Shown: piece after piece, positions 12,448 through 25,198 of the stretch
Position numbering within the stretch: the stretch's first letter is position 1
Layout of the letters: every line of letters begins with the position of its first letter
NCBI RefSeq assembly: GCF_018977255.1
Contig: NW_024704742.1
Span: forward strand, 89,778,001 to 89,842,000
DNA from: Callorhinchus milii
Taxonomy: Eukaryota
Direction: 5' to 3'
DNA: 64,000 nucleotides
Program-made: the position numbers and the translations under genes
The notes under the pieces: generated by a model
What the model was told of the DNA's origin: nothing
What the model saw: the letters and a program-made list of their open reading frames with translations, nothing else
Databases searched by the model: none

Positions 12448-13129
12448 CACCGGAAGACGAGTTTGTTCACCTCTGCCTTGAGATTTTCCATTGCACCACT
12501 GCCTCACCATAAAATCCTTGCATTTGGTATTGCACCTTTCATGTCAGAAAGACAATTGAAAGTGCTTTGTAGGATTTACTTTAAAGTGCAGTGACTATAT
12601 TTTATAGGATTCCTAAACACTGCATTTTCCTGTTTACCATTTTACGGTATGTCCTGCCTCCCACAATGTCTTTGTCGTCTTGTAGCCTGAGCTTACCCTT
12701 CCTTTCTCTCCACTTTCCCTCATCTCTGCCTCTTTCAAGCTGTGCGTGTGAGTGTGTGTTAGAGTGTGTGTGTGCATGCATGTGTGCACATTGGCGTATC
12801 TTTCTTTCTTGATTTCTACAATATCTCTAACTCTAACCCTCTATCAGTTAGATCTTTTCAGATTATGTTAAGTTTAAAAGTTACAGTAGGCCAAGGCAAA
12901 GTCATGATGCCTCACATCAAATCAGTAACTTGCTACTACAATGCTAAGTTCCACTGCGATTGCACCAGTATGACAGAAAAAAAACAACACAACAAATCTA
13001 TGCATACTGTACAACATAACTTGCTTCTTCAATTGACAATTGTGAGGAGAAAAGATAATCGAGGATACAAAGCTTTGGTATTTTCTGCTGAAATGAACAA
13101 GTTGCAAAGGCTTGCAGAATGCAGATTTA

Positions 13130-13360
13130 ATAATAATAATAATCCTTGCATTTGATGTAGCAATTATCTATTTATCACCTTGTCGAGATGTCTCAAAGCG
13201 CTTCACAGGATAATAATAATAATAATAATAATAATCCTTGCATTTGATATAGCGCTTTTCACGTCAGGAGGACGTCCCAAAGCGCTTCACAGAACACACT
13301 GTAAAGTGGATTGACTGTATATTTGTGGGCGAACGTGGCAGCCAGTTGCGCACAGCACAC
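13130..13360 (-). mobile_element. Two tandem SINE 3' fragments
   Basis: (AAT)n ccttgcatttgat occurs twice. Confidence 0.85.
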
Positions 13361-13364
13361 ACCA

Positions 13365-13945
13365 TTTCTTTCTACATAATGGTGCCATCAATAACCACCA
13401 AGCTTTCTTATAATAAGATTTACCATTTAAGAGGTACTGGAGATAAGATGATTCAGGACTCAACACTGACCAAATGACAGATCTATAACCATAGTAGATT
13501 GAAGAAGATAGTAAGGCCATGAAAGTCAACCTACTCCATGATGTAGCATCCATCAATATGCTGAACCACTGGGCAGCCCAGATATAATCATTTAATAACT
13601 TCTTACTTTGGGATTAAACTCTTGTGAGTTCAGGAGCTGCGCATACAGCTTTAGCCTGCAGTCCTGATGGATCCTCTTTTGGACCCCGTTGTGCAGTAGA
13701 AACGATATCTCCTCCTTCAAGCCAAAGAGATTGTTGAACTTGGCCAAATACTGCAATGCAAGTGGGGTGACAGCCATTTATAGAAATCAAATTGAAAAAT
13801 CCGGTACTGATATTACTATCAGTGTGACACCATGTGAGTATGAAAGTGAAAAGAACCGTGCCACAAGATGGAAAATAATAGAGGTTACAGCAGTGATCCC
13901 TTGGGGCAGGATATTTAATGCATCCAGTCAATCTGAGAATCATCT
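13365..13945 (-). pseudogene. RNF213-like exon remnant (AAA core), bounded by TEs
   Basis: LTGCIKYPAP ~ EDGCIEDDPAP; NNLFGLKEEISFL ~ KEFFGLRDYYSLI. Confidence 0.6.
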
Positions 13946-13949
13946 ATTC

Positions 13950-14700
13950 TCCTCTACCCTCTGGCGGTTACCTTATGGCCAGCCCTCTATCCACGTCACA
14001 AATTTACCCTTACCATGTCCCTTCATTTCCATAATTTTCTTATGGGGCACCTTTTTAACTGCCTTCTATAAATTCATATCTACATCAACTATATTCCCTT
14101 TATCTATACAATGAGTTCTTCAAAACATAAAATAAATCAAGCACGATCTGCCCAATACAAATTTGTTATGACTTTCTTGGAACAATCTCTGCTTTTCTAA
14201 GATATCCCCAAAATTCCATTGCATATTATTTTTGCCCACAAAATACTCAAGTCAATTCACTTTGCAACATGTCATGTGAAGTGCTTTGAGACATCTCAAT
14301 GACATGATAAGGCGCTATTTTAAATGCAAAGATTATTTATTATTATGTTATCCAGATGTTTACACACAACAGAGTTAAGACTAAGCAGCCTAAATCATTT
14401 CCAATTTTTGAACAGAATTGTAATATTTGTTACCTTCCATCTTGTGACATATTTTCTGTATCTAAAGAATTTTGGTAGTTTGCGACTTCACTAACTCCTC
14501 ACCATCTGCTTTCAATATTCTGCATGTATACCATCTGGACCTAGTGATCTTTCTACTTTAAGCTTTACTAACTTGTCTGAACACTGTTTTCTTGATAATG
14601 TTTAACTTCAGTAGATTCTCCTTCACATCCTCCTCTTATACTCCAAAGGGCCTTCCTACAGCCCCACTTTCATAAAGCAAAATACTTACTAAGCATTAGT
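13950..14700 (-). mobile_element. Old CR1 RT remnant interrupted by a SINE piece
   Basis: SLGPDGIH, KVTNITILFK, VDVDMNL*KAVKKVPH. Confidence 0.7.
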
Positions 14701-14756
14701 CATACAACGTAGGAGTTAAGTCGCCAGTTCCTGTAAGTGATAAGCAATTGAGAATC

Positions 14757-17700
14757 AGTTTAAGTCACAGGGCTCAGCTGAAAAAAAAACTCTGCGCCCG
14801 CCCCCACCCCACCCAGGGCTCACATCAGAGCCCACCATGGTCCTGTTGAGTTGACTGCCCCAGCCCCAGCCTATGGGATAATGCCATCCAACTGACCGCT
14901 CGCTCCCGGTCCCCGCATGCGCACTATGGCTGCCGCTCTGACCCAAGCCTCCTCACCCCCTCCCTCCCTCCTCTCTACCCCAAACCCTCCCTGCTCCGCA
15001 TCTCTCCCGCTCTGTCCTCCTCTCTCTCCGTCCCTCTCTCCTTCTATCCCCACTTGACCCTCCCACAACCTCCCTCTGTTCCAGCCTGGGAATCCTCTGC
15101 CGGGCTCACCGTGGCAATCGGCGTTAGCTGTCCAGCAGCAGCCACACCGACTGCCCCATTCCCCACCACACTAGCCAGCCACCCCGGACACAGACCCGGG
15201 CAGCTAACCTCTCCTCCCTCATCCCCATTTCTCCCACCCCTGCCTCACAACCTGGACCACCCTCCCCTCCCACACACCCTTCTGTCAACCGCTCCCTCCA
15301 CATCGGACTACAAAACGTCCGCTCCCTCTGTAACAAGGCCCTGGTCATCAACGATCTCATCCTTGATGAGAGCGTTGACATCATGGCCTTAACGGAAACC
15401 TGGCTCACCCCAGGCGACACCTTCCCCCTCACGGAGGCCACACCACCCGGCTACACCTCCCACCACATCCCTCGCCCCAACCGCCGTGGCGGTGGTGTAG
15501 CCCTTATCTCAAGGACACCACTTGCCCTATTCCCCTACTCTTCTGGCTCTTTCCCCTCTTTTGAGCACCTCACCCTCTCCCAGCCCTCCTTCCTCTCACT
15601 CAAAATCCTCCTCCTCTACCGGCCCCCTAAAACCTCTCCCACCTTCATCTCCGATATTTCAACACTTCTTACATCTCTCTGCCTCTGCTCTGATCGCCTC
15701 ATCATCCTGGGCGACTTAAACCTGCACTTCACCCCATCCTGCTCCATCTCCTCAGACTTCACTTCCCTGCTCTCCTCGCTCAACCTTTCCCTCCACATCA
15801 ACTCCCCCACTCACAGTCACAGCCACCCACTCGACTTGGTGATCACCCGGGGCCTCAGTGTCTCGGATGTCACTATCACCAACAAGGCCGTCTCTGACCA
15901 CCACTTCATCTCCTTCACCACCTCCACACCCCTCCCCACCTCCACCAGACCCACCACCATCTTCTACCGCCCCTGGAAGAAGTTACCCCACAATCCCTAA
16001 CCGCTGCCTTGGAGTCCTCTGAACTCCTCTCCCTCTGGCCTTCAACCCTCACTGACCCCTCTTCTCCTCTCACCCTCCTCCACAACACCCTCTCCTCCAC
16101 ACTCGATACTCTTGCCCCCATCACCTCCCGTACTGTCTCCTACTCTCGCTCCTCCCCCTGGTTCACCACCCACCTCCGCTCACTGAAGAGCCAGGTGCGG
16201 GCCGCTGAACGCACCTGCATCAAATCTGGCCTAACGGTCCACCGACAAATCTGGCTGGACCTCCTCAAAATCTACCGCTCCACTCTAGCCTCGGCCAAGT
16301 CGTCCTTCTACTCCAGGATAATCCTGGAGGCGAAGAACAACCCCAGGCTACTGTTTTCTACCACATCCCGACTCCTCCGTCCCCCCCGCCACCCCGCGCA
16401 GGTCATCTCCTCCAACCTTCACTGCGAGGAGATGCTGGATTTCCTTGAATCCAAAATCAAGGGAACTCGCTCCGCTGTCTCTTCCCCTCCAACATCCACC
16501 CACCCCCCTCCCCCTCCCTCCCACACTCCGACTCCTACCCATCCTCCCCTACACACTTTTGTACCCGTTTCCCCACCCTCTGTCACCAAACTCATCCTAT
16601 CCCTGAAACCCACCACCTGCTCCCTTGACACCATCCCCACCCCACTCCTTATCTCACAGCTCCACCTCCTTGCCCCACATCACAGACATCGTCAACCTGT
16701 CCCTCTCCTCTGGCTCTGTTCCCATTCCCTTAAAAACTGCCACCATCACTCCCACCTTGAAAAAACCCTCCCTTGATGCGTCGCAGCTATCAAGCTACCG
16801 GCCCATCTCCAACCTTCCCTTCCTGTCCAAGGTCCTGGAATGATTTGTCGCCTCTCAGCTGCGCTCTTTCCTCTCCACCCATTCACTATTCGAACCCCTT
16901 CAGTCGGGTTTCCGTGTTGCCCATAGCACAGAAACTGCCCTGGTCAAGGTCACCAATGACATCCTGACCATCTGTGACCAGGGCTCCCTCTGCCTCCTAT
17001 CCTCCTCTACCGCTTGTCCTCCCACCTCAACCTTCAAGGCCCTGTCCTTGAATGGTTTATGTCGTATCTCTCCCACCGTCTTCACTTTGTTTCCACGAAT
17101 GGCTTTTCCTCCGGCCCCCGCACTGTCTCATGCAGTGTCCCTCAAGGCTCTGTCCTCGGTCCCCTCCTCTTCACCCTCTATATGCTCCCCCTCGGTGACA
17201 TCATCCGCAGACATGGGGTTAACTTCCACATGTATGCGGATGACACCCAACTCTACCTTTCCTCCTCTACCCTCAACTCCACGACCACCGATGTCCTGAC
17301 AGCTGCCTGTCCGACATCGAGTCCTGGACGAGAGACAACTTTCTTCAGCTCAACATACGCAAAACTGAGGCCCTCCTGATTGGCTCACGTCAGCGCCTCC
17401 GCACCTCAGGCGCTGACAGCATCAGCATCTAAGGCTGCACTCTCCAACTCTCAAAACCCTTCAGGAACGTCGGGGTTCTGTTCGACCCTGAGCTGTCCTT
17501 TCTTCCTCATATCCGCACCACAACTGGCACCGCCTTCCATCACCTTCGGAATATCGCCAGACTACGGCACTACCTCACCCCTCACGCTGCTGAAACTCTG
17601 GTCCACGCCTTTATCACCTCAAGGCTGGACTACGGGAACTCTCTCCTCGCCGGCCTTCCCGGCACCTCCCTCCACAAGCTGCAGGTCATTCAGAACTCTG

Positions 17701-18223
17701 CAGCTCGTATACTGTCCCGCACCAGGACCACATCACTCCCACCCTCGCTCACCTCCACTGGCTCCCCATCCCCCAGAGGATCAAATTCAAGATCCTCATC
17801 CTCACCTACAAGGCCATTCACGGCCTTGCTCCCTCCTACCTCTCTGACCTACTATCCCCCTACCTACCTGCCCGTACCCTCCGTTCCTCTGGCTCCGGTC
17901 TGCTCCACATCCCCCGCCCCAAACGCCCTACCATCGGTGGTCGGGCCTTCAGCCTCTCAGCCCCGAGGCTCTGGAACTCTATCCCCAGTGCCTTCGCCGC
18001 CTCCTCCCTTTCCTCCTTCAAGTCCGGTCTCAAGACCTTTCTCTTTGACCGTGCCTTCAGCTCCCCTCTCGACTCTCTATCCCATCCTTGCTCCCTCCCT
18101 TCCCTCCCCTCACCCTGACCATTTCCCCCCTGCTCGGGTCCTGACCCAACTGTACAGCGCCTTGGGACGTCCTCCTGACGTGAAAGGCGCTCTATAAATG
18201 GAATCTTGTTGTTGTTGTTGTTG
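14757..18223 (+). mobile_element. Near full-length L2-clade LINE (APE endonuclease + RT), frameshifted
   Basis: LQNVRSL, ALTETWL, RRGGGVA, IILGDLN, SDH (APE); [34 protein letters not shown] (RT); (GTT)n tail. Confidence 0.95.
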
Positions 18224-18233
18224 AAACCCTCAC

Positions 18234-18407
18234 GTAGCATTCCACTGTTTCATCTCCGGAAAGAGTTGAAATCTAGACACAGGAAACCTATGATTCCTAT
18301 TCCTGATAAATAAAGGGGAACCTCATTATAATGCTGTCTTCGATTGCCCCATTGCCATGTTGTTGGGAAAACATGGAAATGTCTGAATACTGACTGAATC
18401 ACATAGT
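18234..18407 (-). pseudogene. RNF213-like exon remnant
   Basis: cctag|..|gtgagg; LDYVIQSVFRHFHVFPTTWQWGN..EVPLYL ~ LVYRVHALPPSLIPLVWDFGQ..EKLYI. Confidence 0.65.
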
Positions 18408-18569
18408 CTAGGCTGACACTCCAATGCACTGCTGGGAGCACTATGGTTTGCATTCTTCACATTAAATGCAAGGATTATTGTTATTAAGTGAAGGAAAATC
18501 CTGTTTTATAGAATAAAGTTCCTTTTTGTAGAATATGTTTCTACGATCTTACTTTTTTATAATGTGACA

Positions 18570-19757
18570 TGGCATTGAGTGTTGAATGGCAGTTTATATA
18601 ATTCAGGATTCCTGGCTGGCTCATACTCAACACAAATATTCGTGCAAATATTACACTGCAACTGATCACCATTCAGTATCTGCTCCTGCCATGTGTATTG
18701 GCACTTCTAAAAGCGGCTATAGTGCACTGCTTCAGAATGCTTTGGTACACTCAGACTGCCACCTCCTCCCTCCCCCATGTCGCCTCCCACACCCTACGCC
18801 ACCATGCCTCCTTCATCACCCTCTCCTCCTACCACAGCTCCGACCCACAGTCCAGACGCACCCTACACCCCTTTGCCCTTATTTCTCCCTCCTCCCTTTC
18901 TCCCACCATCACCCAGATGAAGGCCACCACCTGCTGCCTCGACCCCCTCCCCACCCAGCTTCTTGTCACTCAACTTCCCCTTCCCTGCCCACTAGTGGCT
19001 GACATAATCAACCAGTCCCTTTCCTCAGGCTCTGTCCCACTTCCCCTCAAAACCACTGTCATCACTCCTCTCCTTAAAAAAACTACACTGAATCCCCCCC
19101 ACCTCACAAACTTCAGACTCATCTCAGACCTGCCCTTCCTAGCCAAAATTTTGGAACACGTCATGGCACTCCACTTCCTACTCAATTCCCTCTATTCCCG
19201 TTTTCGCCCTGCCTACAGCGCAGAGACCGCACTCGTCAAAATAACAAATGGCGTCCTCTTTCTCTCTGACCAGAGCACCCTCTGCCTTCTCGTTTTCTTG
19301 GACCTCTCTGCTATGTTCAACATAGTTGTTCATGCCATCCTCCTCCACCACCTCTCCTCCCTCATCCTCCTTAGTGGGGCCACACTCATCTGGTTTGAGT
19401 CTTTCTTAACAAATCAGCAAAAATACATCTTGGCAATTGTTTTTTCCTTCTGCCCCCACCCGGTCACTTGAGGGGTACCCCAAGACTGAATCCTTGGCCC
19501 CCCTTCTTTTCCTTCACTATGTGCTCCCTCTCGGCGATATCATCCAAAGACACGCGGTCAGCTTCCACATGTATGCGGTTGACATCCAAATCGACTTCTC
19601 CTCATCCAGCTGCGACTCCCAGTTCGCTAATGTCCTGTCAGCTTGTTTGATGGTTATCAAGGCCTGGATTAGTGCAAATTTCTTGCAACTGAATGTAGGC
19701 AAGATGGAAACCATACTCTTTGGCTCCCATTGTAATGGTTAATTTAAATTTGTGACC
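18570..19757 (-). pseudogene. RNF213-like exon (19731-19757 plus about 18570-18745) interrupted by an L2 fragment
   Basis: Acceptor ccttatttcaccacag at 19758; CTIAAFRSANT ~ Walker B segment DTILFFDEANT. Confidence 0.5.
18746..19730 (+). mobile_element. L2 fragment (RT)
   Basis: FRLISDLPFLAK, FLDLSAMF, FHMYAVD, FLQLNVGK. Confidence 0.9.
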
Positions 19758-19868
19758 CTGTGGTGAAATAAGGATTGACACAAATGGTGTATAATTTAAT
19801 CAAGGTTTATTAATTCAGATGAATAACGGTTATAAGTAATTAAAAGAATACATCACAATAATGCTTAC

Positions 19869-20385
19869 GTATCCATGTACAGTTCACAATGATTTAAGTT
19901 GATCAAACCAAATGCTGCAGAAGAGCTAGAGAAGCAATGTTCAATTTAATGTCCATTTTAATGTGCCCTTTTTAATGTTCATGAAAAGGTATCCAAGTAT
20001 CTTTGTACCTGTTCCCAGTTCGATCACCCTCGAGTAAAATATTGTATGTTTCCTGTCCGATCACGCACAAAGCATTCAGGTACTGTTGATTAAATCGTAG
20101 TCTTGATTTTTCTTCTTTAGAAGCTGGAATATGGTTCTCAAATTCAAGTTCCAATTTCCCCCAATTCTTTCCTCTGATTCTTTCTTCAAGATGGTTCCCT
20201 TGTGTAAAGAAAATGCAACATGGCTCTCTCTCCAAAGTTAAAACAGCTGCAGACCATTTTTCCATGAGAAAATGACTGATAAGGAATGAAAACAGCTTTT
20301 TTTTTATGAACAGTCTTTTGTTTCTCTTCCTTAAGAAAGGATCTTCTGTGAAGCTTGTCACAACTGGCCTCCATCATATTTTATG
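19869..20385 (-). pseudogene. RNF213-like exon remnant
   Basis: KKKLFSFLI ~ KKFVVTFMI; KW..EREPCCIFF ~ RWESEPHPYVFF; ends TVHGY|gtaagc ~ KVHGG. Confidence 0.65.
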
Positions 20386-20390
20386 AGATT

Positions 20391-20709
20391 AATAATAATA
20401 ATAATCCTTGCATTTGATATAGTGCTTTTCACGTCGGGAGGACGTCCCAAAGCGCTTCACAGAACACACTGTAAAGTGAATTAACTGTATATTTGTGGGC
20501 GAACGCGGCATCCAATTCCACACAGCAATGTCCCACAAACAGTCGTAGATTGAAAATGACCAATTTTATTATTGTTTGGGGATTTGGAGGGATTATTATT
20601 AGGCGTGTGGAGTAAGGAAACTTGCCCAAGGTTTCGCCCTGCCTGGAATTGAACTCAGGTCTCTCACTTGCAAAGCGAGTGCTCTAACCACTGAGCTACA
20701 GGACTCCAC
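20391..20709 (-). mobile_element. SINE, full length
   Basis: Reverse complement of 1470-1798. Confidence 0.92.
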
Positions 20710-20795
20710 TGATTGACTATAAGTCTGAAAAATATAAACATTGCAAATATAATTTGAGATATTATTTATCAAATTAATTACAGAATCCTACACCT

Positions 20796-21280
20796 ACATG
20801 CCTTCACTCCTACGGGTCTGAACTCCTCAACCTCCCCAGGCCCTCCCTCAGACTCACCGTGCACAACTTAGAGGTTAGGTTTGATGCCTAGCTTTCCTTT
20901 CTATCACATATCCATTCCCTGACCAGGACTGCTTTTTTCCATCTCCATCACATTGCCCATCTCTGTCCGTACCTCACAATCAAAGTGGTCGAAACCCTCT
21001 TCAACGCCTTCATCACTTCCCGGCTGAACTATTCTAATGACCTCCTCGCTTCAGCCACTATGGCCCCAAACTCTGGAACTCTCTCCTTCGATCCCTTTGC
21101 CTTGCCCTCTCCATCCCCACTTTCAAATCCCTCCCTTCCTTTTTGATCGTGCTTACGGTCACCTCCCCACTTCCCTCTTCCCCTGGCTCAGTGTCAGACT
21201 ACACCACTGTCAAGCACTCCAAGACGCTACCTCGTGTGAAGGGTGCTATATAAATGCAAGTTGCTAGTGTTGTTGTTGTA
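20796..21280 (+). mobile_element. L2 3' fragment
   Basis: GSELLNLP..HNLEVRFD, plus 3' tail gctatataaatgcaagttg..(gtt)n. Confidence 0.8.
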
Positions 21281-21434
21281 ATGTTTTTACTGATTTGCCC
21301 CTTTTTTGTATCCCTCTGTTTCTTATCTGTTTGTCCTCTATTAAGATAATATAATCTTTGCAGTCTTTCATGTTGGGAGGGCGTCTGAAAGTGCTTCACA
21401 TAATATACCTTAAAGTGCAGTGGCTGTATAACTT

Positions 21435-21625
21435 ATGTCAAGTACTGTGCCATAAATAATTTCAATTCTGCAATATCATGTACAAATCTTTCTTTGAAAG
21501 CCCAAATGCTAAATATTGATAGTGGGAGGGGGAATGGAAATAATAGCCACTGAATCAAAATATTTTCTTTTCTGACTTCTACATAAACATGCCTTTCCAG
21601 TAGGGTCACTGGATCCAGGGAGCCC
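21435..21625 (-). pseudogene. Possible RNF213-like exon remnant
   Basis: DIAELKLFMAQYL ~ SWSELRNFARFL at the expected position; boundaries unclear. Confidence 0.35.
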
Positions 21626-22375
21626 CTGATATAGCACACCTTCTTGCGTGAAAGGCATCATATAAATGCAAGTTGTCAACAGTTTTTCCATTCCAAAATG
21701 AGTTCATTTCTCTCAAGACCTTCATGGAATTTTGCTTTCTACTTTGCTCCACTTATCCCTCATGAAAACACCATTTAACTTGTTACTAAAAGTCATGGTT
21801 GACTTGCATTTGTTAAGCGTAATAATTAAAAACAGCTTACATTACTGCCATGAGTAAATTAAGACACAAAGCAGTAAATTGGATACAAAATATGTCTAAC
21901 TAAACTGCACTTAATGCCTGCAGAAAGTAAACTGTCAAAGCAGATCAATTCATATGCAAACTATTACACAGAATGATACGGCATGGAAACAGGCCATTTG
22001 GCCCAACTAGTCCATGCAACGCATAGGTGAGAATTTAAAGGGTGCTTGAATGCTATTTACAAAGGAAAATCCCATTATAAACAGGTGAAGATGCACCTGA
22101 TAAGAACCTTCTCCGTCACCCAGAATGGTCTTATTCAAATATTCCCCACCACCTATCTAACCACCCCCCACCCGCCCAACAATTCCCCCCAACCAACAAC
22201 TACCCCCCACCCCCAACCATGTACAGTTGTGCATGTTATACTTGAAGTGATATTCACAGTGAGAAAACGTTATTATCCCCACAAATGGAGATATCCTTTT
22301 CTTAGCATTTCTGAAGCGAGGCAACACGTGTGACATTTTGTTCACCTCTTGTGGGCTCCCAGCCCTGCCTCCTTG

Positions 22376-22830
22376 CAACGACAACAACAACAACAACATT
22401 CCATTTATAGAGCGCCTTTCACGTCGGGAGGACGTCCCAAGGCGCTGGACAGTTGGGTCAGGACCCGAGCAGGGGGGAAATGGTCAGCGTGAGGGGAGGG
22501 AAGGGAGTGAGGAGGGGGTAGAGAGTCGAGAGGGGAGCTGAAGGCACGGTCAAGGAGAAAAGTCTTGAGACCAGCCTTGAAGGAGGAAAGGGAGGAAGCG
22601 AGGCAAAGGCACTGGGGGATAGAGTTCCAGAGCCTAGAGGCTGAGAGGCTGAAGGCCCGGCCACCGATGGTAGGGCGGTTGGGGCGGGGGATGTGGAGCA
22701 GATCGGAGCCAGAGGAATGGAGGGTACGGGCAGGTAGGTAGGGGGATAGTAGGTCAGAGAGGTAGGAGGGAGCAAGGCCGTGAATGGCCTTGTAGGTGAG
22801 GATGAGGATCTTGAATTCGATCCTCTGGAT
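22376..22830 (-). mobile_element. 5'-truncated L2 (young subfamily)
   Basis: Near-identical to the 3' end of 14757-18223; (CAA)n on the + strand. Confidence 0.9.
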
Positions 22831-22862
22831 CCTTTCACATAGTGCCTGGAGCTAAGGCTTAC

Positions 22863-23203
22863 ATAAGGTAATCACGTTTTCAACACAAGCCTCTGAAAGT
22901 TGGTGACAATAGCAACCCTAAGAGGGTGGGCAGTCAGGAGAATTCAGAAAGATGGCCCAATTTTTTGAATGCAAAAAAAACACAAAGGGAACGTAAGGAT
23001 TACATTTCTTCAATTAAGTATTCAAGCTTAAGGCCATTATAGGGTCCTATTCTTGGAGCAATCTTATGAAGACTTTACAATTCAGCGCAGCTTTTGAGTC
23101 CAAATCACAGACGCCATCATTGACTATGGGTAATGGGATGTAATAGGGGCGGAATCCCGGTTCATGCAATAAAATCGCCAACTGGGGCAAGCCACAGTAC
23201 CTG
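22863..23203 (-). pseudogene. RNF213-like exon remnant
   Basis: ttcttcacag|..|gtaagc; DPIMALSLNT*..PFVFFLH..IFLN ~ VPVLFHLDVT..VFLFKLL..YLMD. Confidence 0.5.
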
Positions 23204-23856
23204 CTGTGAAGAAGGAAACACAAATGGTGACATTACTCAATGCTCACCATTTTGTGTCCTTTATCAAGTTGCTAACACTAAAACCTATGAAAACAGAACT
23301 TAATCTATCATTTTAATTTAGGTGCTTTGAAGCTTGAGGACAATTAACACAACAACTCACAGATGATGTAACTCAAATGTAAGGGAGGATATCTGGAGAT
23401 ATCAGTGAGAAGCAACAATGTGAGCAGACTATTTGAGTAATAATATTCCTTCTGTTTCACATTGTGCTTCATCACATGGTCAAGATGTCTCAAAGTGCTT
23501 TATAGGATTTCGCAGTGAAGGGTTGTGACTGTGCATTTGTAGGCAAACACAGCAGATCAATTTGCGCACAGCAATGTCCCACAAACAGCCACTTAGTGAA
23601 TGACCAATTTTGAGACAGGTTCAGGACATTAAAGGGATAGCACCTGAGCTTTTAACCTCATGAAAGAATAAAAGCTGGCTGGCATACTGAGCACCCATAA
23701 ACTCAAAGAATTTATCTTAAGACCACATCTATGGAGTTCTGCCAATCTGCAACCCACAGCATAGTGAGCAGTGAAGCTTCAGCTTACCACCCACTTCTCT
23801 ACACAATTATATCGCTGCACTGCACTTAATGGGGTAGTAAAGACTGCATTAGTTAC

Positions 23857-24060
23857 CACAAAGAAATAGTCTTTTCATTTCCAATCCGTCAACTGCAGCT
23901 TATTTTAGCTTCCAAAAATCAGAATTTCAAAACAACTGAGAACTCGGCACAGTCTGCAAACATTTCCTTCAGGATTTTCACCAGAATAGAAGCGCTTGAT
24001 TTTCGCACAACCTCGCCTTTGAGCTCGGCCTCTATAACATTCCCAACATGTCTCTCCATC
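23857..24060 (-). pseudogene. RNF213-like exon remnant
   Basis: Strong polypyrimidine acceptor ttctctcttttaag and donor gtaact; MERHVGNVIEAELKGEVVRK..ILKEMF; assigned by position. Confidence 0.45.
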
Positions 24061-24831
24061 CTTAAAAGAGAGAAAGCAGAAGAAAATAAATAAACAAGGC
24101 AGTCACAACAATTGGTCAAGTGCAGGATGCTTAATAATCTTTGCATAGACGTTGTGCCTTATCACGTTGTCAAAATGTCTTAAAGCACTTCACAGGATTT
24201 CGCTGCAATGTGTAGTGACTGAATTTGTAAGCCAATGTTATACTCTTTCAAACTCTTGTCAAATGTTCCTGAAGTCACTGAAATCTTTCCACTTATGAAG
24301 TGTATTTATTGCAGCTTTATCCAAAAGTTAAAAATGTCCATGCTGCAACCAGCCCTAGAAATTCTGTGATTCAAATCTCAAAATTTCAAACCAAACCCAA
24401 ATATCTCCACCTACTGGACATTACCAACTAAGGCAGGCAAATGTAACTAGCTGTACGATGCCTTAACATTAAAAAAGGTTCATTGAAATATATTGTACTA
24501 AGTGATAACGTCGATTACTTTGAAAATTCAGAATGCATTTGTCCATTCCATGGCTATTTTAAACTAACACTGACCTTTTTTATACAATACTGGAGAGTTT
24601 TAATAAACTGTCAATCACACCAGCATACTGAATGACTGAAGCAAGCTGTGCTTTGTGTTTGGCCATTTCACAATGACATCAATGATTCACGGTGATCGAC
24701 ATCAGCTTTTTACTTCCACAGTCTCTGTAGTACGTGTCCAAAGTATTTTGGTTTGAAATAATGAAGAATGAGAAGCATTTCAAATATTGTATTAATTTTA
24801 AATAGGCACGCGGGGTTCACTCAGCACTTAC

Positions 24832-25198
24832 AAAATATTTCAGATATGAACTAAGAAGTGCCTGAAACATATAATCTCAAGCACACAGCATTTCATTCCC
24901 TTGGCACTTCTTGTTAATGTTTCAGACGATTTCTAAGAAAAAAAGTAACTGCTCAGTAGTTGAAAGCCTTCATCGCCACATTGAGAATGTCCTTGCAAGA
25001 CTTTTTCCCTTGTGTCACAACTTAGAGCAGACAAATGAGGCTCAGGATTCTGAATAGCTTTTCACAGTAGCTTCACTTTATGAAGCCGTGAGTGTCTCAG
25101 AGACCAGTGATAAAATTACAGTAGCTTTAGAAGTGCATTTACAGAGATTATATGTGGCTGATATGGCTTCCGAGCTCTGAATTGCAGTTCCTATATGC
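24832..25198 (-). pseudogene. RNF213-like exon remnant
   Basis: tttag|..|gtaagt; TYNLCKCTSKATVILSL ~ QPNLVVCGHSEVLPAAL; STTEQLLFFLEIV ~ TTFEEVALLLRRC; several TGA stops. Confidence 0.6.

Noticed and set aside
12130..12594. Repetitive ORFs, or a CRISPR-like array
   Set aside because: Head-to-tail minisatellite with no unique spacers, in eukaryotic context.
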